A DNA stretch of 64,000 nucleotides from a virus: positions 17,711-81,710 of IMG/VR virus record IMGVR_UViG_2919361683_000002. One strand, 5' to 3'. The translations under genes were made by a program, and so were the position numbers. Shown one piece after another: positions 19,738-29,513 of this stretch. Numbering within the stretch: position 1 is the first letter of the stretch; the number at the start of each line of letters is the position of its first letter. Below the pieces are notes generated by a model, which saw nothing but the letters and a program-made list of their open reading frames with translations, was not told the DNA's origin and searched no databases.

Positions 19738-20209
19738 TAGAGTTAGCCTCGCTATTATTCATTTCTTCGTTTGCTTTTCTTTCAATCTCAGCAAAATTAT
19801 CTGCTATTTCCTTAAAACGTTTCTCTAATTTTTTGACCTCAACCTCAGGTAATTTATTTGCAACTTCTACGAAAATGTTTGTATTCAATAAATTCTCGTA
19901 CACCTTAATCAAAGTCTGAAAGTCATTCTTGTTGGGAATGGGGAGGTCTGTAAATTCGCGTAGCATCAAAGTAGATCCAATTTGTGACGCAATTTGGCTG
20001 AATGTTAATTCAGTAAGTTGCGCTTTTTCAATCCCTTGTACAACTTCTATTAGTCCTGTAAAGATGTTGTTGATTGAACTTTCTTTAAAATTTTGCTTAA
20101 CAGTCACCTCAAATTGACCATCCAGAATGGGATATGTTTGTGTCTGTTCTAGCTCTTTGCTGAGTTTATTCAATTCTGAAACTGTTAATTTTTTAGTCAA
20201 TAATCGCAC
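19721..20209 (-). CDS. Putative tail assembly chaperone (YomO-like)
   Basis: Helical 162 aa protein between major tail and TMP. Confidence 0.6.
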   Translation of the reverse strand: MRLLTKKLTVSELNKLSKELEQTQTYPILDGQFEVTVKQNFKESSINNIFTGLIEVVQGIEKAQLTELTFSQIASQIGSTLMLREFTDLPIPNKNDFQTLIKVYENLLNTNIFVEVANKLPEVEVKKLEKRFKEIADNFAEIERKANEEMNNSEANSNANSE

Positions 20210-20215
20210 TCTCCT

Positions 20216-21310
20216 TTATTGTGGAAATGTTTCATCCAGTACTTTAGACCATTTTTCTTCCCATCTTTTACTGTCAAACGCCATTGAAACTTCTCGTGCA
20301 TTCTTACCAAATGTTTCGGCTTTGTCTCTATTGCGATATAAATATTCAATTGAACTACACAGATTATCTACGGTGGGCTTAATCAGCAATCCATTATATC
20401 CATCAATAATTAGATCACTCAATCCACCTACACAACTAGCTATAACTGGTTTTCCAAATGCCTGTGCTTCAATGCAGCTCAAACTTGTACCTTCTGCACC
20501 AAGAGTGGGGATTAAAACTATATCTGCTTGTTCGTAAGCACGATACATTTTATTCATATCAAAATGTTCCCATCGAACTCGATCTTGAGTATTTACCCAT
20601 CGCTTAAACTGTTGCTCACCTTCAATTGTTCCTCTGCCTACAAAGTAAAATTCCATATCTTCGTACTTGGGGAGAAGTTTCTTAGATGCTTCAGCCGCCA
20701 ACAAATATCCTCTTAATTCATGAAGTCTACGAGGAATAAGCACTGTAAACTTACCTTTTCCTTTTTTCTCTCTAGGTTTAAAGGTGTCGGTATTGACATA
20801 GTTCGGTATGTATTCAAACTTATCATATAGTTTTGGATATAAAGCTTTAGTCCAACCAATAGTGTTTGTATCTACAGAAACAATTTTTCCTACACGGCGG
20901 TAGCAGTCTCTAATGTATTCGTTGTACCCTTTAGCGTGATACCAGTCTTGAATTTCATTGTCCCACCAAATACCATGTGAAATAGCAATAGAGTTCTTTC
21001 GTGCTTCGGGAAAAGCCAGAGTAGCTACAAAATAGATAGTGTAATCATAATTTTCTGTCCGTTTATGAAACTCAATTGTTAGATCTGGAAAAGATTCTTT
21101 GTCACCAATGGGGCAGGGGATACCAGTTATTTTTACATCCTTGAAGTTCTTTACCCAAGGCGTAGTAGATGCTTGAAAAACGTCTACAATATAATTCTTT
21201 TTTCTTAATAGACGTACAAGATCTATTAAATACCTTTCGCCGCCACCCATTTGAGTATATGTTCCAGTTAAATCAAAGAATTGCGTTGTTAAAAGTGCTA
21301 CCTTTTTCAT
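20216..21310 (-). CDS. Glycosyltransferase family 4 (GT-B); likely start MKKVALL at 21310
   Basis: GGGERY; EGTSLSCIEAQAFGKPVI (EX7E); AAGGAG RBS before 21310. Confidence 0.9.
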   Translation of the reverse strand: MKKVALLTTQFFDLTGTYTQMGGGERYLIDLVRLLRKKNYIVDVFQASTTPWVKNFKDVKITGIPCPIGDKESFPDLTIEFHKRTENYDYTIYFVATLAFPEARKNSIAISHGIWWDNEIQDWYHAKGYNEYIRDCYRRVGKIVSVDTNTIGWTKALYPKLYDKFEYIPNYVNTDTFKPREKKGKGKFTVLIPRRLHELRGYLLAAEASKKLLPKYEDMEFYFVGRGTIEGEQQFKRWVNTQDRVRWEHFDMNKMYRAYEQADIVLIPTLGAEGTSLSCIEAQAFGKPVIASCVGGLSDLIIDGYNGLLIKPTVDNLCSSIEYLYRNRDKAETFGKNAREVSMAFDSKRWEEKWSKVLDETFPQ

Positions 21311-22307
21311 CCTTTTCTCCTTTGAAAAATTCCTTAATAGCGCTGTTAATAATTTCAAATCTATCATCCCATGAATTGTTTTTGGCCATTTTTTTAGCTT
21401 TATTTTTGTATTCGTTACACTTAGATACTTTAATTGCTTTGCGAATATTTTTTATGAATTCTTTATGGTTTCTGCTTACAAATACAACATCTTTATAATC
21501 ATCCATTTCAGGAATATCGGTTGCTACCACTGGAGTACCATGAGCAAGTGACTCATAAACTTTTAAGGGATTACTGAAGTCACTGATTTGACAGCGTTGG
21601 AAGGGGAGAAGGGTAACATCAGCGTGACAATAATAGGCTTGAAGTTCTTGGTACCCCTTTGAACCCAAATAATGAACCCCTTTAGGCATTTCTTTAATAC
21701 CCCAAGGAAGTCCAACAACAAAAACTTGATATTTCTTCGCAACTTTCTCCATAAGTAATAGATCGCACCAATTGGATGTGAGCGCACCTGAAAACAATAC
21801 AATAGGCTTATTCTTTTTAGTGTATGGATTCAAGTCTTCAGGAATAGGATAGTCGAGATCTCCTAATTCTTTAAAACAGGCATTTCGAACCAAGTGTACA
21901 TTTTTATGTTGTTTACTTCTTAGTTCTAGCAGGGGTTTGGAGGCAGCCAATAAGATATCTGCCTTACTTATCATGTTGTCTTCCTCATGTTCATTTTCTG
22001 GGAAATTGTCCAGTGAATCATAAATAACCAAGTCGGCTTTAATACTTTCTAAATCTGTATGTCGCATAGCCCAAGATGAAAAGTAAATATCAACTTTAGG
22101 GTGTCTTTTTAAAAAAACCTCCCAATTATGATAAACCTCAAGTGTGTCAGAGATGCGATCACGCACTTTATCGGTTCGCTGTGTGTAGTTAACCCAATAG
22201 ACCATATAACCATTCTCAGAGAAATACTTCATTAAATGGTGTGGTCGTTGCTGCAATGGCTGGTCGTAATCAATTGTATTAGCATAAACAATCGTTTTTT
22301 GTTTCAT
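21273..22307 (-). CDS. GT-B glycosyltransferase (TuaH-like)
   Basis: QRPHHL, IYDSLD, NPLKVYESLAHGTPVV, NSWDDR. Confidence 0.88.
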   Translation of the reverse strand: MKQKTIVYANTIDYDQPLQQRPHHLMKYFSENGYMVYWVNYTQRTDKVRDRISDTLEVYHNWEVFLKRHPKVDIYFSSWAMRHTDLESIKADLVIYDSLDNFPENEHEEDNMISKADILLAASKPLLELRSKQHKNVHLVRNACFKELGDLDYPIPEDLNPYTKKNKPIVLFSGALTSNWCDLLLMEKVAKKYQVFVVGLPWGIKEMPKGVHYLGSKGYQELQAYYCHADVTLLPFQRCQISDFSNPLKVYESLAHGTPVVATDIPEMDDYKDVVFVSRNHKEFIKNIRKAIKVSKCNEYKNKAKKMAKNNSWDDRFEIINSAIKEFFKGEKDEKGSTFNNAIL

Positions 22308-23063
22308 TTATTTCTCCCTAAGATATTTTTCTAAACATTCTGGACTCATAATATGGTTCGAGAATGTGCCTAAATCACAAAAAAGCTCAAAACCTTTCTC
22401 TTGAGCCATTTTACAGAAGTATGCGTCTTCTCCTTGAGGGTGAAAGCCATATTTTATAGATTTAAATACTTTACGGCTTAACATAATAACTGCCCCTGTA
22501 AGATCAACTCTTATGAGAGATGAAGAGGGGAGAGAGGGTGCATTTTTTACTTGGTTGGTTACAACATGTTCATAATAGCCCTTACTATTGATCTTCATGA
22601 TGTTGGGGAACAGGTATGGTTTCTCAGGACGAACAATGTGTCCATTCCAAATCAATCCTGATATGATATCCTTGTCCGATTTGAGTAGATTATTAATGAT
22701 ATCAGGTTGCACGAGGATATCTGTGTCTATAAACATCAGATAATCAGTTTTGGTTTTTGACATGATATAATTCCGTAATTTACTCAAATGAGTATATATG
22801 AAGTTGTTTCTAATGTTTAAGTCTCTTTTATCTACAGGAGCATTTCGATTGTACACCTCAACTCTAATATTTCTATATATGTGCCTGTATTGCTTTTTAA
22901 AGTTGTACAATAAATTTAAAGAATTATCAGTTGAATCATTGATTACAAATATGAATTCAATTAAGTTAGTAGGATAATTCAATTCCAATAAGCTTTTTAG
23001 ATATTTATCTAAAATCCACTCCCGGTTACGAACAGGCGTTGCAATTGTAACAGTTTGGTTCAT
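22308..23063 (-). CDS. Glycosyltransferase family 2 (GT-A)
   Basis: IATPVRN, INDSTD, FIDTD (DxD), GED..FC. Confidence 0.9.
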   Translation of the reverse strand: MNQTVTIATPVRNREWILDKYLKSLLELNYPTNLIEFIFVINDSTDNSLNLLYNFKKQYRHIYRNIRVEVYNRNAPVDKRDLNIRNNFIYTHLSKLRNYIMSKTKTDYLMFIDTDILVQPDIINNLLKSDKDIISGLIWNGHIVRPEKPYLFPNIMKINSKGYYEHVVTNQVKNAPSLPSSSLIRVDLTGAVIMLSRKVFKSIKYGFHPQGEDAYFCKMAQEKGFELFCDLGTFSNHIMSPECLEKYLREK

Positions 23064-23123
23064 ATAATCTCCCTTGTAAAAACAAAGAGCCGAAGGGCAA
23101 CCTACGGCTCATAAGTTCTTTAC

Positions 23124-23900
23124 TTATTTTTCATAAATAATTTCTTCTTTCATTACTTCAACCCCATTCACGGTTACAGGGAACAAATCAAACGTCAAAC
23201 TGAGAGAACTTGGATCTCCAGAAGGGGAATAGTTGACCGTGTAGTTTGGCTGAAGTTTAGCCTTGCGGAAAATTTGTTGAGAGCCGACCATCTTACCAGC
23301 TTTCTCATCAGCATACAAAGTGTCTCCAGCAATAAATACGTATCCCGGAAATCCTTTGGTTGTATATGAGAGTTTTGCTGCATTTGGAGTATTGTATTGA
23401 TAGTAAACCTCAACATCACTGCCAACTTCGATAGTTGCAGTAGTGTCTAATGTTACTACATTATCAGTAATGTCTTTAATGGGTTGTGCGTCAGCCATAA
23501 TCCCGTTTATGTATGCAAACACCTTAACATTAGTTTTATCACCAATTGGTGTTTTGTCTAAAGTGATCTGTTTTGCTCCAGAAGTACCCTTCATAACAGT
23601 CAGAATTTGAGACTTATAAAGATCTTGTGCGCCCTTTTCAATAGGTTCTCCAGCCAGCATAGCAAGATGCTGCAAAGTGAAGATTTGAGTCTCTACTTTT
23701 AGTGTAGAGTCCTTTTCACCAGACCAAGCAATACGCTTTGGATTCCCATCGCCACCTCTTGCAAACACTGTCTCTGATGTCCATTCATTACTTGTAGTAG
23801 TAGCGTAATCAAAAGTCATAAGAGGTGTACTTGTTACAAAATCGAAAATTTGAAGATTGAGATTGTTTCTAGAGCCGTAGCGTCCTAGTTGTATTGCCAT
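23124..23900 (-). CDS. Major tail (tube) protein
   Basis: ARGG.GNPKRIAW, GDPS....TFD motifs; position; downstream hairpin near 23086-23110. Confidence 0.8.
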   Translation of the reverse strand: MAIQLGRYGSRNNLNLQIFDFVTSTPLMTFDYATTTSNEWTSETVFARGGDGNPKRIAWSGEKDSTLKVETQIFTLQHLAMLAGEPIEKGAQDLYKSQILTVMKGTSGAKQITLDKTPIGDKTNVKVFAYINGIMADAQPIKDITDNVVTLDTTATIEVGSDVEVYYQYNTPNAAKLSYTTKGFPGYVFIAGDTLYADEKAGKMVGSQQIFRKAKLQPNYTVNYSPSGDPSSLSLTFDLFPVTVNGVEVMKEEIIYEK

Positions 23901-23925
23901 AAAGGATAGTTCCTCCTAATTTATA

Positions 23926-24651
23926 CTATAATTTTGTTTTCTCCATCCACTCAGGGATAGAGTTGTCTTCAGGTAAGGTTTTTTCATTAGACCATACTGG
24001 TAAGAGTCTGTTGTAATTTTCTTTCTTGTTCACTCTTTCAAAATGCTCATAAACTTGATACACCGTAAGTGAGCCAACATTAAAAATATTGATCCCATTT
24101 CCTTCGAAATTGCAGAGGATAGATAAAATATCTTTGAATTCTAGCTGATTATCCGTGTTATTGTTGTTTATTTGCGACTCATACATTTGCATTCTTCTAT
24201 AAAACTCTTCTGCTGTACTATTTGCTGCCTCTATTTTTTCTTGAGAGTTAGATGATACATTTAGTTCTTTTATAACTAAATCAAATTCTTTATAATTGCT
24301 TTTGTTTATAAAATCTTTTCCATCCAACAAAAAACAGGATGTTTCAATATTGAAACTAACATGACCTTTAACGAAAAAGGAGAGAGCTTTACATATTTCA
24401 TTTCTAATAGACGGAACTTCGATTAGTACATCATAGTCAGACTCATTCTTTATATTTGAAAAACTCTTCTTGTCCAATCCAAATAACCCTACTAAAATTT
24501 TCTCTTTATCAAACCCCACTAAAGCTAGATTAACTAAATAATTTAAATATCCAATTTCACCGATCTCATGAACTGTGGGAGAATACACGGATATTCCCTC
24601 TTTTGTTGTATAGGGTAAACCCAGAAATGCTTGTAGGCGATCAATAGTCAA
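23926..24651 (-). CDS. Conserved SPbeta-like virion morphogenesis protein (YomV-like)
   Basis: Synteny; YSPTV.EI and LTVYQ motifs. Confidence 0.6.
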   Translation of the reverse strand: MTIDRLQAFLGLPYTTKEGISVYSPTVHEIGEIGYLNYLVNLALVGFDKEKILVGLFGLDKKSFSNIKNESDYDVLIEVPSIRNEICKALSFFVKGHVSFNIETSCFLLDGKDFINKSNYKEFDLVIKELNVSSNSQEKIEAANSTAEEFYRRMQMYESQINNNNTDNQLEFKDILSILCNFEGNGINIFNVGSLTVYQVYEHFERVNKKENYNRLLPVWSNEKTLPEDNSIPEWMEKTKL

Positions 24652-24660
24652 ATAATCACC

Positions 24661-25134
24661 TCAATTAAAATCCCAAAGTTTGTACTTTATAAAGAATCCT
24701 ACGTATTTCTCATTAACAAATATTTCATCCATGCGATAAAACTCTAGTTTTCCAATACTAAGATTTGTATTCTCATTAAACAGTTCATCAATGGAGGCTA
24801 AAATATGGTCATATCTCAAAATTTCATAATCAGTTAGAAGTAAATCTTTATGTATCAATACTTGAAAATGAAGCAGGCCCGATTTGAATTGCGTACCAGC
24901 AGGACGGTAATCTTGGAAAGAAAATGTCACATACGAGGAAGCTGTGTCAGCCAATTTGGGAATATGGTTAAAGGGGAAAATGTTTTTATTGATTAACTCA
25001 GAAGTGTCTTCAATATCTGGTTGATCTAAATAATTGCTTTGTTCGTACCAAACTGATTTACAAAGTTTCTGTGAACTCAATAAATGATTCAGTACGATCA
25101 ATCGATTTTTACCCAATTCCTCAAGTCTAGACAT
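24661..25134 (-). CDS. Putative tail terminator/connector (YomW-like)
   Basis: Synteny; NIFPF..IP and RYD....IDELFN motifs. Confidence 0.6.
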   Translation of the reverse strand: MSRLEELGKNRLIVLNHLLSSQKLCKSVWYEQSNYLDQPDIEDTSELINKNIFPFNHIPKLADTASSYVTFSFQDYRPAGTQFKSGLLHFQVLIHKDLLLTDYEILRYDHILASIDELFNENTNLSIGKLEFYRMDEIFVNEKYVGFFIKYKLWDFN

Positions 25135-25135
25135 G

Positions 25136-25654
25136 TTAGTTCACTACTTGATAATCTCTTACTAACTCATATTTCAAAAATCCTCCAGCAACCGTATCCC
25201 TTGAATCATCGAATGTTGAAGCTATCTGAATTGTACGTTCAAGTGTTTCAGGATTTGTACGATGAATTTCTTCGCCCAAACTGTTACGGATAACCATTCG
25301 ATAATAGTTACCATTTGCTTGTAAATTTCCAAGTTCGTATTTAATCGATATACATTCTAATGCTTCCATTGCTGAACTTTTGTCTTTATGAGTTGTTTTA
25401 CTGAATGCCAACTTGAACTTATTGTCTGTGGCTATTGAATAAGCATAAGCATATTGAGGATCAATTGCGACATCTAAATCAGCATCAATGATCTCAATTG
25501 TTGGTGTAGCACTAATTACGATATCTCCATCAAGTCCAGACGAATGCTGTTTACCGAAGGGGAGGGGAGGAAAGATCAGCCAATTGTTATATACGCCCTG
25601 CACAAATTGTTCAGGTTTTAGTTCCCCAAAACGAAGAATTGCTTGCATGGTCAC
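25136..25654 (-). CDS. Hypothetical protein in the connector region
   Basis: 172 aa, AGGAG RBS, tightly packed in the operon. Confidence 0.7.
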   Translation of the reverse strand: MTMQAILRFGELKPEQFVQGVYNNWLIFPPLPFGKQHSSGLDGDIVISATPTIEIIDADLDVAIDPQYAYAYSIATDNKFKLAFSKTTHKDKSSAMEALECISIKYELGNLQANGNYYRMVIRNSLGEEIHRTNPETLERTIQIASTFDDSRDTVAGGFLKYELVRDYQVVN

Positions 25655-25664
25655 ACTCCTAATT

Positions 25665-26879
25665 CTAAATAATTGATTTTATTTCTATTTTTTTATTTGT
25701 ATAAGCAAGCTTTGATCGGTTCTCACAGTGTAGCAAGAAGAATCCTTTTTTATTGTTTGCTTTAATTTTACACGTATGTAATATTTGGTCTTGCTCTAAA
25801 ATGGAGGCGAGTGAAGAGGGGGATGAACCGTCAATATCTGTGATCCAGTAATTAGTAATATCATCTCTTTCGATTCCATTATTAAAAACCGATGACCTAA
25901 AATTTTTAATCATATTGTACTTAATACTGTCATCACCATTAATCTCACATGAGTAGTTGTTAGTAGTTGAAGCAGTTATATTTATTCGAAGAGTCTTTGT
26001 GATATCTCTGAATGAGATTGACACTTTAACAAGCCCTTTTTCAATTGGAGTCAGTAGACCAGTAGGAGAGATTGTTGCTTTCGATTCGTCATCAATAACA
26101 AATATCAGTTCACCACCGACATTAACAATTTCACTTCTATTTTTAACCTCAACATTTATTTGCAGTGTTTGTTTTTCTTCAATTGAAACATAGTCTCCAT
26201 TGAGAATAGTTAGCTGGTGATCGGCAACATTACCATAATAATCAGCAATTCCTAACTCAAGATTATCTTTTACGGGATTGATGTCTCCCGATGAACGCAA
26301 ACTTAAATTTACAATACCTGCGTCACCTACGCTATCAACATCTATAACTTCAAAAGCTTCACTGCCAATAATAAATCGCATTTCTTTTTTTATTTTTGAA
26401 GTGAATTCATTATATTGAGTTGCAATTTGTCGTCGAGCAGTGGGTAAAATCATTGTTTTACCTTCTTCTATCCCAATATTGGAACGAATGTTAGAGTAAA
26501 GCACTGAAGGTTGAGACTGAATACTACCATCTTCATCAATCCAACGTAGTTCGATATTGCATTCTTCAAGCTTACTTCGTTGATACATCTTATTGAAATA
26601 CGGTCTTTGAGTTACTAAAAAATTTAGCTTATTACTGATCTCAAAAACTATATCACCAGCTTTATAGTCACCGTACTTGCCCAATATGTTGAATACACCA
26701 TCTTTGGTGGATTGTTGAATGATAACTCTTTTAGCAATACCATCAATTAGCACATCGCTGGATTCAGGAGAATCAGCTAAAAGCTCATCAAAACCACTTT
26801 GAGCGAACAAAGTAAAATCACCGTTTTCAAAACCGCTAACTCTATTGTGAGACCCCATTAAATACCATGATTTAGGCAT
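25665..26879 (-). CDS. Putative head-closure/neck protein with Ig-like domain
   Basis: Synteny; DNLELGIADY; ATISPTGLLT..KG.V Big_2-like motif. Confidence 0.7.
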   Translation of the reverse strand: MPKSWYLMGSHNRVSGFENGDFTLFAQSGFDELLADSPESSDVLIDGIAKRVIIQQSTKDGVFNILGKYGDYKAGDIVFEISNKLNFLVTQRPYFNKMYQRSKLEECNIELRWIDEDGSIQSQPSVLYSNIRSNIGIEEGKTMILPTARRQIATQYNEFTSKIKKEMRFIIGSEAFEVIDVDSVGDAGIVNLSLRSSGDINPVKDNLELGIADYYGNVADHQLTILNGDYVSIEEKQTLQINVEVKNRSEIVNVGGELIFVIDDESKATISPTGLLTPIEKGLVKVSISFRDITKTLRINITASTTNNYSCEINGDDSIKYNMIKNFRSSVFNNGIERDDITNYWITDIDGSSPSSLASILEQDQILHTCKIKANNKKGFFLLHCENRSKLAYTNKKIEIKSII

Positions 26880-26893
26880 GTTAATACCTCCTA

Positions 26894-27286
26894 CTATTCA
26901 TAGTAAGAGTTCTTTTTGAGTTTATTGAACCTGTCAGCTATTTCTTTATCTAAATTGGTTAGCCTTATTTGCATTGTTCTTTTGGCATCACCCATACCAG
27001 TCAGTCCAATATCCTTACCAACGATATTCGTTAATTTCAATACTCTATCTAACTCTCTACTTAAATAATGCCGATACATAATCGCGCCTAATTGATTAAT
27101 CAAGATATTGTTCAGTTGAGAATCGAATTGTTTTAAGTCTTTATGGTAATTCAATGGGCCTAATTCTAGCTCATAGTCTGCAACAGCTAAAAATAAAAAT
27201 TGTTCAACTAAATCCTCTTCTAACAAAACTTTAGACTGAGGTCTTGAATAAAAGTTTTCAAATACCTCTTCAAAACCTGTTCCCAA
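26894..27286 (-). CDS. Putative head-tail adaptor (YomZ-like)
   Basis: Synteny after the capsid genes; T.FEEVFE.F start. Confidence 0.6.
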   Translation of the reverse strand: MGTGFEEVFENFYSRPQSKVLLEEDLVEQFLFLAVADYELELGPLNYHKDLKQFDSQLNNILINQLGAIMYRHYLSRELDRVLKLTNIVGKDIGLTGMGDAKRTMQIRLTNLDKEIADRFNKLKKNSYYE

Positions 27287-27296
27287 AAAGCATCAC

Positions 27297-27788
27297 CTAC
27301 TTAATCTCATCTTCCATTGTATAGCCTGTATAATCTTCCAAGAATTTAACTTTAGCTAGATCATTGAATTTTGTTTCTTTGGCAAATTGGATCACGGCGA
27401 ACTTTTCAGCTTGCGTTTGAACGTTTGATTGAATAGTATTTTCAAATTCTTTTTTTGCTTTAATTTTAAAAATCTCAGTCAAGAATTCTTTTGTTAAAAT
27501 CTTTTGTTTCTCTGTTTCGTTTTCAAACCCAAGTAAAATTCTTGTTGGTTGATCTTCAACAAACAGTCGAGCATGAGAGCCATTATTGTCTTTACCTACA
27601 AAAAGTTTGTTGCCATTATACACTTGCGATTGGATTTCTTCGCGGGATAAGCGAACTTGACCTTTTGCGGCAATTTTAACATCGCCAACTGAATTAATGC
27701 GAGAGAAATATACATCCCAATTACACAGATTTTTTACCGATACCTTTTCATCTAGATTTAGAGTATCTTTTGTTACTACATCGGTCAT
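27297..27788 (-). CDS. Conserved head-region protein (YonA-like)
   Basis: Synteny directly after the MCP. Confidence 0.6.
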   Translation of the reverse strand: MTDVVTKDTLNLDEKVSVKNLCNWDVYFSRINSVGDVKIAAKGQVRLSREEIQSQVYNGNKLFVGKDNNGSHARLFVEDQPTRILLGFENETEKQKILTKEFLTEIFKIKAKKEFENTIQSNVQTQAEKFAVIQFAKETKFNDLAKVKFLEDYTGYTMEDEIK

Positions 27789-27850
27789 ATTTAAGCTCCC
27801 TTATGTTATTTACAGGTGTGAAAAACTCCACACCTGTATTTCATTATTTA

Positions 27851-28972
27851 TTAGCCTACTTGTTCAATTTCGAAGTTGGTATCAGAAATAAGTCCAACTT
27901 CATATTCACGACCTTTTGCAAGGTCAGCCCCAATTTCCATATCAAAACGAGTCATTTCTGTCCCTGTAACTACATCGTTACCGGACATAGAAGAGATACC
28001 ACCACGTTTGAAAATTTGAAGAGGGGATACAGTAGCTTGAGGAATTACAAACAACAAACCTTCAGGCAGATATGTATCGAAGTTATCTCCAGCAGCATTC
28101 ATTTTAGTCAAATTATACTGATTCGGTGTTTCAACAATAGGGCTGCCATTATACGTTGTAAGAAGTCCGCTTTGACGAATTTCCTCCATCACAGCTTGGG
28201 ACAAGAAATTGTTTTTCGCGTCAGTTGGATCAGCTTTAAATCCAGCAAATGAATTGAGTTGAGACACAACAGAGTAGTCACCTGTCAGAGTAGGACGACC
28301 GAAGCGGCGAACTTTTTTGACAATATCATCAACAGAAGTCTTTGCAATACCAGCAGTTTCTGCAAAGTATTTTACTCCAGTTGCATTTTTAATACCGTTG
28401 TATAGAGTAGTAATAACATATAACATCGCTTTGTTCATCATATCTACTTGCACTTGTTGCAGTCCTTCAGACACCTTATCTAGATTTCCGCTAGCAATTT
28501 CACGGTAATTAACAGCATAGCCAGAGGAAATGGTTTTTGTGACAATTGGATATTCACTCCATACGGTTGTGCCAAAGTTTACATCACCTTGAGATGCTTG
28601 AAAGTTACTGCGGATAGATTCATGCTTGTAGGTTTTAACCATGGCCTGTTCATCGTAACCAATCTCTTTAAAGGTACCCATGAAATTAAAAAGTTGGATT
28701 TGAGTTTGAAGATGCGGCTCCAAAGCATAACGAACAATGGAGTTAAATTCTGCTTTCGCTGCAAAATCACCATTGTGAGCACGAGAACAAAGCTCTTTAA
28801 TTCGATCAAAAGTGACATCAACTTTTTTACCGTATTTAGTTGTATCGTTTCCACTTACGAGAGCGGAAAAGATTTCAACAATTTGGGATTTTGGGTTAAG
28901 CTTATTGTTTACTGAAAAATCTTCATCTTTACGAAGATTGTTGAGATTTAGTTCATAAATGCTATTTTTCAT
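27851..28972 (-). CDS. Major capsid protein (YonB-like)
   Basis: 373 aa after protease and decoration genes; strong hairpin 27812-27838 downstream. Confidence 0.85.
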   Translation of the reverse strand: MKNSIYELNLNNLRKDEDFSVNNKLNPKSQIVEIFSALVSGNDTTKYGKKVDVTFDRIKELCSRAHNGDFAAKAEFNSIVRYALEPHLQTQIQLFNFMGTFKEIGYDEQAMVKTYKHESIRSNFQASQGDVNFGTTVWSEYPIVTKTISSGYAVNYREIASGNLDKVSEGLQQVQVDMMNKAMLYVITTLYNGIKNATGVKYFAETAGIAKTSVDDIVKKVRRFGRPTLTGDYSVVSQLNSFAGFKADPTDAKNNFLSQAVMEEIRQSGLLTTYNGSPIVETPNQYNLTKMNAAGDNFDTYLPEGLLFVIPQATVSPLQIFKRGGISSMSGNDVVTGTEMTRFDMEIGADLAKGREYEVGLISDTNFEIEQVG

Positions 28973-28999
28973 TGATATTAAAACTCCTTAAATTATGTA

Positions 29000-29494
29000 T
29001 TAGTCTCTTACAATTACAATGCCGTAAAAACCTTTTTCGCCAAAAGAAGTTTTCTCAAGGACTTTAATTCCAACCTTATAATCAGGGTCGGCAGATACCT
29101 TCCATTTACCTTTTGCTTTAATGCTCGGTGTGTCGTCCGTATCGTCACAAGGGACAAGAACATCATTTTTATTAATAGCTGCATAATCATCTTTTACGGT
29201 GTCATATGACAATTCAACAGGCAAGCCAGCCAAATCAGCAAGTTTAAATGTCCGTGCATACTCACCAATATTAATTTTATAATCAGCAGAATTGCGAATT
29301 TCGGGTTTGTCGATGATATTATATACAACATGTACATCGGTACTTTTTGCTTGAGTGGGTGTTGCGGCTGTTGGAGCTAGTCCTGTAGCGTCATCGGGAA
29401 TAACGACATATCCATTTCTAAGTTCAATAGTTGCTTTGGTGCGTGGATTATTGCGAACTTGCTTAAAGGCTCCGATTGTTCCAAACTTAAACAT
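29000..29494 (-). CDS. Putative capsid decoration protein (YonC-like)
   Basis: Between protease/scaffold and MCP. Confidence 0.65.
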   Translation of the reverse strand: MFKFGTIGAFKQVRNNPRTKATIELRNGYVVIPDDATGLAPTAATPTQAKSTDVHVVYNIIDKPEIRNSADYKINIGEYARTFKLADLAGLPVELSYDTVKDDYAAINKNDVLVPCDDTDDTPSIKAKGKWKVSADPDYKVGIKVLEKTSFGEKGFYGIVIVRD

Positions 29495-29513
29495 TATTTA
29501 TTTCCTCCAATTT

